Positions 1 through 9,855 are shown, counted from the first letter of the whole stretch. The stretch is 63,998 nt of DNA, filler included, from an uncultured bacterium (GCA_964637655.1; 19 parts of 19 records of this genome joined end to end with filler, not necessarily neighbours in it), one strand, 5' to 3'. Made by a program: numbers and translations. The notes: generated by a model not told the origin, from the sequence alone.

Positions 1-2262
1 CGGCGCGCCCGCGGTTTCCTGAACGAATACGGTTCGCTTATGGGAATCAGTGACGCGGAAAGCAATCTCCGCCTGCAGCGCATCCGGAACGCCACTCAGG
101 GACGCCGCGTGGTCAGGTTTCAGCAGACGCAGGGCGGGCTGCCGGTGTTCGGCGGCGAACTGCTGGTGCAACTGAATGCGGCGCGGCAGGTCATCTGCAC
201 GACCGGGAAAATACTGTCGCGTTTGCCGGCTGACACGTCGCCGCGTATCACCGCGGCCCAAGCCGCCGCAACCGCGCGGCGCGCCATGGCGCGGGCACAA
301 CAGGTGGACGACGCCACCCTGACCGCCAGCGCCCCCGAACTGTGGCTCTATGACCCCGAACTCTGGGGGCCGACCACGCTGCGCTCCGCGCTGGTCTGGC
401 GCCTGGAGGTGATGAACGGCACGGACATCAGGGAACTGGTGCTGGTCGATGCCGAAAACAACACCATCGTGCTGCATTTCAATCAGGTCACGAATGCCGA
501 ACAGCGCAAAATCTACGACGCTGGCGATACCTATGCCGACCCCGGCACCCTGGTGCGCAGCGAGGGGGACGGTCCGTCGGGTATCGCGGAAGCGGACACC
601 GCCTATCTCTATCTCGGCTATACCTACGCTTTCTACGCCACTGAGCATGGTCGGAACGGTGTTGATAATGCCGGCATGACGGAAACCGCCGTGGTGCGCT
701 TCCGTGATCCCGAATCCGCTGCCGCCGACACCGATTATGAGAATGCCTACTTCAACGCGGTCGATGCCTTCTATTTCGGCAAGGGCTTTGCCAATGCCCT
801 CGACGTGGTGGCGCATGAGTACACGCATGGGGTAACCCAGAATGAATCCAACCTCATCTACTGCATGCAGTCGGGCGCCATCAACGAATCGTTCTCCGAT
901 ATCTGGGGCGAATTCGTCAATCTCACGTATGAGCCACCCACTGCGGCGAACCGCTGGCTCATCGGCGAAAATTGTCCGCTCGGTGTGCTCCGCAGCATGA
1001 AGGATCCCACGGTGTTCGGCGATCCCGACCGGATGCGCAGTCCCTATTACCTGGGCGAGAACTTCAGTGACCGGGGCGGCGTGCATACCAACTGCGGGGT
1101 GGGGAACAAGGCCTGCTACCTGATCACGGACGGAGACAATTTCAACGGGTACACCGTCACCGGCATCGGCATCGCCAAAGCGGCCGACCTCTACTATGAA
1201 GTCCAGACCAACTTGCTCACCTGCGGCAGCGACTATGAGGATCTCGCCAATGCGTTGCAGCAGGCCGCGCTCAATCTCGGGTACAGCGCGGCCGAAAAGG
1301 CCAGCATCAGCAATGCCATTGCCGCCGTGGAGATGACCCGGCAATCCATATTCTACACCCCCGCCGCCGAGGTGCCGCTCACGGATTCCGGCGAGGTCCG
1401 GACCATTTTCTTCGATGATATGGAGAATCCGCTCAGCGGTAACTGGGCTTTCGGCGCGAACCTCGGTCCCGGCGACTGGTGTGACACGACCGGGAACGCC
1501 GCCAGCGGCAGCTACAGTTTGCGCGGCGGCTATCTCGTGGAATACGCCGGCGATTTTTACGCCACGATGACGTTCGATGCGGAACTGCCGGTTGGCGTGC
1601 CCTCCTACCTGCACTTCAAGCATAACCATCAATTCGAGGTCGACAGTTATGATGGTGGCGTGGTTGAATACAGCAAAAACAGCGGGGCCAGCTGGATCGA
1701 TGCCCGGACGCTCTTCCTCAACAACGGCTACACCGGCGTCATCGGCAACAGTTCAGGCAATCCCCTGGGCGGCAGGCACGCCTTCGTCAATTACAGTCCC
1801 GACTATTACGCCAGCCGGATCGACCTGAGCATGCTCGCGGGTGCGCGGGTGCGCTTTCGCTTCCGCATCGGCACGGATGCCGGGGGCGGCAATCTGGGCT
1901 GGAGCATCGATGACTTCCGCATCTACTCGGTCACGCCCGCACCGCCGGGCATACCGTGGCAGATCACTGTTTTTCCGAACCCGTACCGCCCGAACGATGG
2001 CGACGACGGCACGGGGGTTGCCTACCGCGGCGCGGACGACGGGTCCGGCATCTACCTGCGGGGGCTGGTCCCGGGCATGCGCCTCGAGATTTTTGATGCG
2101 CGCGGGCGCCTGGTCAGGGAAATGACGGTGCCGGCCGGCAGCAGCGAAGTGCAATGGGATGTGCGCAATCGCTTCGGCGATGAGGTTGTCAGCGGCGTGT
2201 ACCTCATCGTCTGCAGTACGGACAGTGACCGGGTGGTGGAGAAATTATTCATTATCCGGTAG
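1..2262 (+). CDS. M4 (thermolysin-family) metallopeptidase with propeptide, beta-sandwich domain and T9SS/FlgD-like C-terminal sorting domain; 5' truncated
   Basis: HEYTH zinc motif, GAINESFSD third ligand, GVHTNCG; C-terminus VFPNPY...IFDARGRLVRE...WDVRN...SGVYL...KLFIIR; frame open from base 1. Confidence 0.92.
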   Translation, partial: RRARGFLNEYGSLMGISDAESNLRLQRIRNATQGRRVVRFQQTQGGLPVFGGELLVQLNAARQVICTTGKILSRLPADTSPRITAAQAAATARRAMARAQQVDDATLTASAPELWLYDPELWGPTTLRSALVWRLEVMNGTDIRELVLVDAENNTIVLHFNQVTNAEQRKIYDAGDTYADPGTLVRSEGDGPSGIAEADTAYLYLGYTYAFYATEHGRNGVDNAGMTETAVVRFRDPESAAADTDYENAYFNAVDAFYFGKGFANALDVVAHEYTHGVTQNESNLIYCMQSGAINESFSDIWGEFVNLTYEPPTAANRWLIGENCPLGVLRSMKDPTVFGDPDRMRSPYYLGENFSDRGGVHTNCGVGNKACYLITDGDNFNGYTVTGIGIAKAADLYYEVQTNLLTCGSDYEDLANALQQAALNLGYSAAEKASISNAIAAVEMTRQSIFYTPAAEVPLTDSGEVRTIFFDDMENPLSGNWAFGANLGPGDWCDTTGNAASGSYSLRGGYLVEYAGDFYATMTFDAELPVGVPSYLHFKHNHQFEVDSYDGGVVEYSKNSGASWIDARTLFLNNGYTGVIGNSSGNPLGGRHAFVNYSPDYYASRIDLSMLAGARVRFRFRIGTDAGGGNLGWSIDDFRIYSVTPAPPGIPWQITVFPNPYRPNDGDDGTGVAYRGADDGSGIYLRGLVPGMRLEIFDARGRLVREMTVPAGSSEVQWDVRNRFGDEVVSGVYLIVCSTDSDRVVEKLFIIR

Positions 2263-2315
2263 TGACCACGCTGCTGGCAGGGGCGACCCGGCGAACACGG
2301 GGACAGGGGACAAAG

Positions 2316-3455
2316 ATGCGGGCAAGGGTGTTGCTCATGACGGTGCTGGTGCTCACGGCCATGGCGGGAACGCTGGCGGCGGCGGAGCCGGGCACCAGCG
2401 GTGCGGTGGTGCTGGGCATCGCACCGGATGCGGCGGTGGCGGCGTGCGGCAACGCGGGCACGGTCGTGCCGGCAGGCGCGGCAGCGCTGTACTGGAATCC
2501 GGCCGGCCTGGCCCGGCACCATGGCAGTGAAGTGATGTTCACGCATGCGCCGTGGCTGGAGGATATGACCTACAACTATCTCGCCTCTGTGCATGGCGAA
2601 CCCGGGGGCGCCGGCACGTTTGGCGGCAGCGTGCTGCTGCTCGATTATGGCGCGGTCAGGATGACGCGCATCGACGGGGGCAATCCCGTGACGGGACTGG
2701 GCACGGTTGATGCCAACGATCTGGTGCTGACCCTCGGCTATGGCCGGCAGTACGGCGACTGGGATGGCGGCGTCGCGGTGAAATACATCCGGCAGCACCT
2801 CGCCAACAGCAGCGCGTCCACGCTGGCGGTCGATGTCGGGGCGGTCCTGCACGCAACCGGGGTTCGCGGCCTGACGGTCGGCGCCGTGCTGCAGAATGTC
2901 GGCGGGAAACTCACGTTCGACCGCGCCGGCGAGCACCTGCCGCTCACCGGCAAACTGGGCGCGGCGTATGCCCTGGAACAATGGCCGGTCGTGCTGCTGG
3001 CGGATTGCGTCATGGCGAAGGATGACAACATCTTTTTCAACCTGGGGGCGGCATGGCGTCCGACGGAGGCGTTTTCCCTTCGCGTCGGCTATGCCGGCGA
3101 CAATAACGCCGGCAACGGCCTGACCGCAGGTGCGGGTTTTTCGCTTGACGACCGGTTTATTGTCGACTATGCCTATGTGCCGTACGGCGATCTCGAGGGG
3201 ACGCAACGGATAACCCTGCGCTGCCGGTTCGGCGATACGGTGTCGCCGCCCGCGCCATCGCTGCCGCAGTACCGTACCCCGGCAGGCAGCCCGGCAATGC
3301 GGTCCCCGCAGGACCCGCCCGTGACGCCGGCAACTGGCGTGCGCCAGACGCTGCCGGCGGCACCCGCACCCGACGCTCGCCCGGGCGCAGCGCTTCCGGT
3401 ACAGACCGAGCGCGACCGCGGCGAAATCGAGTATATCGGCGGACTGCTGCCGTGA
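2316..3455 (+). CDS. PorV/PorQ-family outer-membrane beta-barrel protein with Pro-rich C-terminal tail
   Basis: Signal peptide, ALYWNPAGLA motif, DVG...GAVLQNVG, LRVGY, VDYAYVPYGDL. Confidence 0.8.
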   Translation: MRARVLLMTVLVLTAMAGTLAAAEPGTSGAVVLGIAPDAAVAACGNAGTVVPAGAAALYWNPAGLARHHGSEVMFTHAPWLEDMTYNYLASVHGEPGGAGTFGGSVLLLDYGAVRMTRIDGGNPVTGLGTVDANDLVLTLGYGRQYGDWDGGVAVKYIRQHLANSSASTLAVDVGAVLHATGVRGLTVGAVLQNVGGKLTFDRAGEHLPLTGKLGAAYALEQWPVVLLADCVMAKDDNIFFNLGAAWRPTEAFSLRVGYAGDNNAGNGLTAGAGFSLDDRFIVDYAYVPYGDLEGTQRITLRCRFGDTVSPPAPSLPQYRTPAGSPAMRSPQDPPVTPATGVRQTLPAAPAPDARPGAALPVQTERDRGEIEYIGGLLP

Positions 3456-3573
3456 CCAAACGCAACGCATCAGNNNNNNNNNNNNNNNNNNNNNNNNNNN
3501 NNNNNNNNNNNNNNNNNTTAATTAATTAANNNNNNNNNNNNNNNNNNNNNNNNNNNNNNNNNNNNNNNNNNNN

Positions 3574-4765
3574 CCCGCAGGAGCACGCAGACGCGCAGAA
3601 CCTCGCGCTCGCCTGGGGCTACACTGTCGCGGAGTACTACAACCGCGCGGGCTACGAGGTCGATGCGGTACATGACCTGACGCGCATCATGCGCGTGCCG
3701 GGCACCATGAACGTCAAGGGCGAGCCGGTGCCGTGCGTGCTCAGGGAGATGGACCCCGACCGGCGCTACAACCCGCAGGAGTTGTCGGACTGCTGCATCG
3801 ACGTGCCGCGGGCAACCATGCGCCAGACTGCACTGCCCAGCGTGGACGTGTCCAGCGCGTTCCCCACCGAGCGGCACGAACTGCTGATGCAGGAGCACGA
3901 CGAGTACAAGGCGACGTGGGAGCACACACGCCGGGACCTCAACGGCGACTGCTCAAGGCATGATATGGCGCTCGCGTCCTACGCCGCACAATGCGGCTGG
4001 AGCGACGACGAGATCACGGCGATGCTGGTGGCCCACCGGCAACGGCACGGCCGTGACAAGCCCGACAAGCTCCACCGTGCTGACTACTATGCGCGCACCA
4101 TCCACAGGGCACGGCAGACATCGGAGCAGCAGCAGGCGCAGCAGCAGGCCGCCGACACCATCCAGGACGCCACCGCGGACGGCGGCGCTGTCATCCGGGC
4201 GCTCGCAGAGAGGTGGGAGATACCGCTAACGCGCATCGACCGCGTGACCGGAGACCCGGCGGTGTATCGGTTCTGGCTCGCGGGCAGGGTGGCGGAGGTG
4301 CCGGCCACGGATATGGTGACGCAGGGCCGGTTCCTCGGGGAGATACTGAGCGTGGCGAACGTGCTGCCGCGGGCGGTGGCGCCGAAGGAGCGTCCAACGT
4401 GGCGGGAGCTGGTCAACCGCGTGGCGCAGATAGCCGAGACCATTGAGGGCGGCGACGGCACCACGCGAGACGGGGCACTGCTGGGGGTGCTCACGGACAT
4501 GATCGAGGAGCGCGGCGCGGCAGAACTGGACGACGTAGAGGGCATCATGCAGACGGGAGGGATATTCAAGCACGAGGGGCGAACATGGTTCAGCCTGAGC
4601 GAGCTTGTGCAGAAGTGCAAGATCATGGACCTGGGTGGACGGGTGACCCGGAACGGCATCACGCAGCGGCTGAGGGCACTCGGAGCCATTGACAAGCAGT
4701 TCAGCATCAGGACATATAACGACAGGAATGTAACACGTCGGTTCTGGGGTGTGCGAGTTGAGTAG
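3574..4765 (+). CDS. RepB'-type (AEP superfamily) primase with helical-bundle domain and possible C-terminal winged helix; 5' truncated
   Basis: Frame open from contig edge: DAVHDLTRIMRVPGTMNVK resembles the RepB' primase motif; DCSRHDMALA...YYARTIHRA resembles the primase C-terminal helical bundle. Confidence 0.7.
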
Positions 4766-5060
4766 TGCTAGGCTCGGGATGAGTTCTGCTAGAAGTGCTA
4801 GAAGTTCTGCTAGGAATGCGAGGGCCGAAAAGGCCCGGAGCGGCCTAAGTACTGGGGGCCTTCTGAATTATGAACTTTGTGACTTCTAGCAGAACTAGCA
4901 GAACTAGCAGAACTTTTCCGAGTGGAGAGAAATCGCCGACTTGCTGCGCGCATCAAAGTTCTGCTAGTTCTGCTAGGAATGCAACGAGCGCAACGGGCAC
5001 ACGGCCTAATCGCATTCTGAGTTCTGCTAGAGTTCTGCTAGATAGTGCTAGTCAGTGCTA
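4764..5060. repeat. Iteron-like array, putative replication origin
   Basis: AGTTCTGCTAG x6 on + (4782, 4803, 4957, 4966, 5020, 5031), x3 on - (4886, 4895, 4904), plus AGTGCTA variants at 4764, 4794, 5044, 5054. Confidence 0.85.
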
Positions 5061-5115
5061 TACAGCAACGTGGTTCTATTGGATAAACTATGGCAACACA
5101 GGGAGGTGGTGCGGA

Positions 5116-6718
5116 ATGGGTGGCTTGACGGTCTCTGAAGATCGTGTTATCGGGCCGCCTGGTTGACACAGGCAAAACTACGTTCTTGACCCAGGTCATC
5201 ACGCACGAGGCTTCGCAACGTGGATCGGATGCGGTGGTCGCCGTCTCACACACGCGAGCAGCAGCGGCGGAACTCGCCGGCAGAAACGCACCCATCGAGC
5301 GCGACAACATCGCAACGCTGCACGCCCTGGCCTACCGCGCCATCGACAGGCCGGAGATAGCGCAGGACACGCCACGCCTACGCGAGTTCGCGGAGGCCTA
5401 CCCGCAGTGGCAGTTCTCCGCCACGCGCGACCCCGAGGACTACGCCTTCGGGGACGTGCTCGGAGACGACGCCATAGCGGAGTATGGACGCCTGCGCAAC
5501 ACACTGCGCCCGCGCGAGCTATGGCCCGCAGACATACTGGCCTTCGCCGATGCGTGGGAACGCTACAAGGCCGAGACCGGCACCATCGACTACAGCGACA
5601 TGCTCGAGATCGCCATCCGCGACACTGCGTGCTGCACGCAGGACCCCGAGGTTATGGTGGTGGACGAGGCGCAGGATATGACCCGGCTGCAGTGGCAGCT
5701 CGTGATGCACTGGGCCGGGAGCCCGAACTGCGAGAAGCTCGTCACCGCCGGGGACCCGGACCAGGCACTCTACCAGTGGGCAGGTGCCGACACGCGCTGG
5801 TTCCAGGAGCACGAGCCTGCACGGCGCAAGGTCCTGGAGCAGTCATACCGTGTGCCGCGCGCAGTCCACGCGCTCGCGCTGCACTGGATACGCCAGTGCG
5901 CCGACCGCGAGGATGTGGTCTACCACCCACGCGACGAGCGCGGTAGCGTGACCAGGAGCCCTGCCACATACCAGCACCCGGAGGCGCTGCTGGACCTGAT
6001 CGAGGGCCGAAAAGACCACTGCCCGCGCGCGGAAACTTCCGTCATGGTAATGGCCTCGTGTGCGTACATGCTCCAACCGTTGATCTCAATGCTGCGGGAG
6101 CGTGGCATACCGTTCTCCAATCCCTGGCGCCGGAAGAGGGGCGACTGGAACCCGCTGCACCGTGGCTCAAGCTCCACGCTCGCGGCCATCAAGGCGTTCT
6201 GTGCGCCCGGTGTCGAGGGCCGCGTGTGGACGCCGGAGGAACTGATGCAGTGGTTGGCGCTGACCAAGCAGGTCCTCAAGCGTGGCGGCAAGGACCGCAT
6301 CGAGACGGCACTCGCCGCCGACGAGACGGAGGAGGCGGTGCTGCAGGCGCTGTGCGCGGAGGTGAGTGAGCAGGACTTCAACGCGTGCCTCACGTCCATA
6401 CCGCGCAATCTGGACTGGCTGCAGGCGCGCCTGAAGGCGGCCAAGCAGAAGCCGGCTGAGTACCCACTGCAACTGATCCGGCAGCACGGGATGCAGGTGG
6501 TAGACGAGGAGCCCACGTTGTACGTCGGCACCTGCCACAGCTTCAAGGGCGGCGAGGCCGACACCTGCATCATCTTCCCTGACCTGAGCTCGAAGGGATT
6601 GCAGTCGTGGCTGGGGCCCGATCGGGACAGCGTGTTGCGGCTGTACTACGTGGCGCTCACGCGGGCGCGCGAGAACGTTATCCTGGCGTCGGCTGCGTCC
6701 GGCGCGGCGGTGTGGTGA
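5116..6718 (+). CDS. UvrD/Rep-like SF1 helicase (phage type), frame interrupted in Walker A by a 4-nt insert at 5164-5167
   Basis: GGAGG RBS then ATG 5116; VIGPPG-TGA-C-TGKTT; TLHALA, VVDEAQD, AGDPDQALY, LEQSYRVP, TCHSFKGGEAD, YYVALTRARE. Confidence 0.85.
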
Positions 6719-6809
6719 CCATGACCCGGCTGCTGATCGCCCTGGCGCGGCTGCTGCAACGTGCCGCAGACAGGTGCACACGCGCCGCGATGGCGAGGCA
6801 GAGACGTGC

Positions 6810-6838
6810 TTGACACAACGCGTCGCCGGTGATACTAT
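6810..6838 (+). promoter_or_regulatory. sigma70-type promoter
   Basis: TTGACA-17 nt-TACTAT with extended -10 TG. Confidence 0.65.
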
Positions 6839-7116
6839 GTCAGAGACGGGGGCAACGTGTAGGGGGCTATTTTCATGCCCATCATTTTCGGCCCGAGTGT
6901 CAGGCCCGCTGCGGTTGCCCCCGCGATGTGCTAAACGACGCTCGGGCCGATTTGTGTGTGAAGGGAGACCACGATGAAAGACATTCACCATACACCAGAC
7001 GGCACGGCTGTTATGGNNNNNNNNNNNNNNNNNNNNNNNNNNNNNNNNNNNNNNNNNNNNTTAATTAATTAANNNNNNNNNNNNNNNNNNNNNNNNNNNN
7101 NNNNNNNNNNNNNNNN

Positions 7117-7721
7117 ATCTTTGCGCGGAATGCGCCGAAAAGATGAACTTTTCGGGCGCGTCGTTCCCCGCGAACGTGCTTCCGAAGCTTAAAGAGTTTG
7201 AGGCAAACGTGCAGAAGACGTTTGCGAAATCCGTATCGCCGGAACATTGCGTCAAGTGCGGCGCGGATTTAAACGAGCTGAAAAAGGGAGCTTTGTTTTC
7301 CTGTCCCGACTGTTATGCGTCGCTTGGCGAGGCGCTGAACGATATGCTTATGCAGATGCACTCCGCAACGCGGCACACGGGAAAGACGCCGAAGGCTCAC
7401 AAGGCGCAAAAAAGCGCGGTATCCGCACCGAAGGCGGCAGGGGAGCCCGTAAAATTGCCGGAGCAGATAAAGAATATTCCCTTTTTGGACGAGCTTGTGG
7501 AGCAGTTCGGCGAGATTTTGGAGGGCGGAAAAACAAAGAAGGGCGAAGTCAAGCTTAGCGGAAGCGAGCTTGCTTCCGTACAAAAACACGCGAGCGAAAA
7601 AATCGGAACGGACGAGGAGTCGCTCATCACTCTCAAGCTGAAACTGGACAAGGCGATAAGCGAAGAGCGCTACGAAGACGCGGCGACAATCCGCGACGAA
7701 CTGAAAAAGATTTCAAAATAA
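7117..7721 (+). CDS. mcsA: McsA-like protein (CxxC motifs plus UVR domain); 5' truncated
   Basis: CAEC, CVKC, CPDCY, HSATRHTGKTP, AISEERYEDAATIRDELK. Confidence 0.8.
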
Positions 7722-7879
7722 ACGATGAAGCCCGACGGGAAAAATAAAAAATCGGCGGCGAAAAAAAGCCCGAAAAAAATCGAAAAAAAATCGATTTCGG
7801 GGAAGCTGCATTCCGCGGAAAAAAAGACGGCGGAAAAGTCGGTCGGCGCGCGGGCAGTGCCGCGGGGGCTGACTCCATC

Positions 7880-8030
7880 GTAATCATTCAGCCGGTCACT
7901 GTATTTCTCCTCTCCCGCCGGGAGAGGAAGCCGCGAAGCGGCAGGTGAAGGCAGACATGGCCGGACGTATCCCCGACGCTGCGCGTCGCCCTCTCCCAAA
8001 GGAGAGGGGACTGATTGGCTGAATAGTTGC
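7880..8030. mobile_element. MITE (IS66-like ends), copy 1
   Basis: Imperfect TIRs GTAATCATTCAGC / GCTGAATAGTTGC; perfect 8-bp flanking duplication ACTCCATC (7872-7879, 8031-8038); internal CCCTCTCC/GGAGAGGG hairpins. Confidence 0.85.
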
Positions 8031-8040
8031 ACTCCATCAT

Positions 8041-8607
8041 TTACTCGGGGAGTACTTCGGTTTGTGCCTGCTGCGACTGGGCCAGCTGATAGGCGCTGTA
8101 GCCGAACTTGGCGACCAGCCCGATGACCAGCAGTGCCACGACGATGCCGGCGATAATAAAGGCGAGGCGGACTTTTTTGGCCGCTGCCTTGGCCGCCGCT
8201 TCCGCCTTCGCGCGTTCCGCCTTTTCCGCCTCGCGTTGCTGGCGTTCCTGCTCCTGCTGTTCGAGCAGCACGCTGCGCTTGTCGATGCAGGCGCGGCAGA
8301 TGATGCGCTCGCCATCCTGCGCGGCGCACTCCTCGCAGAGGTTGGCGGAGCAGTAGGAGCAGAGCACGGACCCGGGGACATTCGGGTGGTTGACGCAGGC
8401 GATGGCTGAGGCCTTGCGCTCCGCTTTGGGCTGCGCCTTTGCCGCCTGGTAGGCGCTGTATACCTCTTCCATGTCAGCGAGCGCTTCCCACTCCTCGCTC
8501 CCCTCGGCGCAGACCTTGGTCGAAGGGAAGATGCCGTCGAGGGCGATGAGGTCGGCGACCTCGTAGGGGCCCTCGACCTGCTCGCGGAAGACGTACCAGC
8601 GGGCCAT
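8041..8607 (-). CDS. GYF_2 (DUF4339) plus B-box-like zinc finger membrane protein
   Basis: WYVFREQVEGPY...TKVCAEGSEEW; CVNHP...CSYC...LCEEC...ICRAC; coiled coil; C-terminal TM helix. Confidence 0.7.
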   Translation of the reverse strand: MARWYVFREQVEGPYEVADLIALDGIFPSTKVCAEGSEEWEALADMEEVYSAYQAAKAQPKAERKASAIACVNHPNVPGSVLCSYCSANLCEECAAQDGERIICRACIDKRSVLLEQQEQERQQREAEKAERAKAEAAAKAAAKKVRLAFIIAGIVVALLVIGLVAKFGYSAYQLAQSQQAQTEVLPE

Positions 8608-8609
8608 GG

Positions 8610-9506
8610 TTAGGCCTTTGCCTCGCGGGTGCGCTTGCGGCGGCGCCACCAGGCGCGGATGAGCAGCAGGATGACGACGAGCAGCAGCACCCACGGGGTG
8701 GCGACCATGACAAAGATGATGAGCGCGCCGAGCGAACGCATCAGCCCCTCGATCCCGTCCTTGACCGCCTCGAACAGGATATTGTCATCCTCGGGGGCCA
8801 CGGTGGCCGGTTCCATCAGTTCCACGGTCAGCGTCGCCATGGCCACCATCGCATCGTAGTATTTCAGGCGTCCCTGGATGGTTTCGATCTCCTCGCGTAC
8901 GCGCGCCAGTTCGCGCTCGACGTCGAGCTTTTCGCTCAGGCGCGGGCTGCTGCTGTGCAGCAGGCCGAGCAGTTCGCTCTCCAGCTGCTGCTTGACCTTG
9001 ACGCGGGAGGTGAGGTCGGTGTATTCCAGCGTGATGTCCTGACCCTGCCGGCTCTCGCTGCGCAGGTCGCCCAGTTGCTTGACTTCCGCGATGAAGGCGT
9101 CGAGTTTTTCGGGGGGGAGTTTTACCTCGATGCTGCCGCGCAGGCCGCCGCTGGCATACTTGCTCGACGACTGGTTGGCAATGTAGCCGCCGGCCGCCCT
9201 GACCAGCGCGAGCAGTTGCGTTTCGGCAGCAGTGTACGCATCCACTTCGAGGGCGAGGGCGCCGGTGAAGATGACCTTGCGCTGCGCGGGGATGTTCACG
9301 CTGCCGCCGGCGGGCGGGGCAGGCGGTGCTGACGGGGCGTTCATGCCGCCGGCTTCGTCCATCGCCATGGGGGCAGCGCTGCGCATCGCATCCGCGGCAT
9401 ACTCCATCGTGGCGCCGGCCTCCTCGTCAGCGCTGCGCGAACCGCAGCCGGCAAAGGCGACAAACAGGCAGCAGAGGAGAAGCAGCGGGGTCAGGCGACT
9501 GGACAT
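8610..9506 (-). CDS. DUF4349-family lipoprotein
   Basis: Lipobox FAGC; RKVIFTG, GGYIA, QDITLEYTDL, VERELARVREEIE; C-terminal TM. Confidence 0.85.
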   Translation of the reverse strand: MSSRLTPLLLLCCLFVAFAGCGSRSADEEAGATMEYAADAMRSAAPMAMDEAGGMNAPSAPPAPPAGGSVNIPAQRKVIFTGALALEVDAYTAAETQLLALVRAAGGYIANQSSSKYASGGLRGSIEVKLPPEKLDAFIAEVKQLGDLRSESRQGQDITLEYTDLTSRVKVKQQLESELLGLLHSSSPRLSEKLDVERELARVREEIETIQGRLKYYDAMVAMATLTVELMEPATVAPEDDNILFEAVKDGIEGLMRSLGALIIFVMVATPWVLLLVVILLLIRAWWRRRKRTREAKA

Positions 9507-9855
9507 GGTCGGCTCCTTGGGGTGCGCCTGGCCGCCCTGCGGGCGTGCCGCCGTGTATGACAGCCGCACCACAGGTAAAGTAGCACAGGGCGGGCGGCTT
9601 GTAAAGGCACGGACGGGGGGGGACATCCCCAACCTGGAGGTTGCGGATAACTTCGGGCGGGCATGCCGAGTACAGCGATAAACTCCACCGGCCCGTGCCG
9701 TGCTGTGGTATAATTAGTCGGTTTCTCAGCGCGTGACCGTCTGCTGGCTATTGCTTATACGGAGCGGAAAACTGAAATACGAATTATAAATGCCCGCCTG
9801 GCAACTGCGGCGGAGAGGAGACGACATGAAGACGCATAAGGCAGGCAAAGACGAA

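Noticed and set aside
3474-3573. TTAATTAATTAA flanked by N runs, recurring 18 times at ~3.3-3.5 kb spacing
   Set aside because: Artificial contig linker with stops in all six frames; not a biological repeat, and cross-linker gene adjacency is meaningless
4764-5060. Repeat array as a CRISPR array
   Set aside because: Units are 11 bp, overlapping and in both orientations, with no regular unique spacers and no cas genes
4870-5166. 98-aa ORF (SRTSRTSRT)
   Set aside because: Translation of the iteron array; only the last 16 codons belong to the helicase N-terminus
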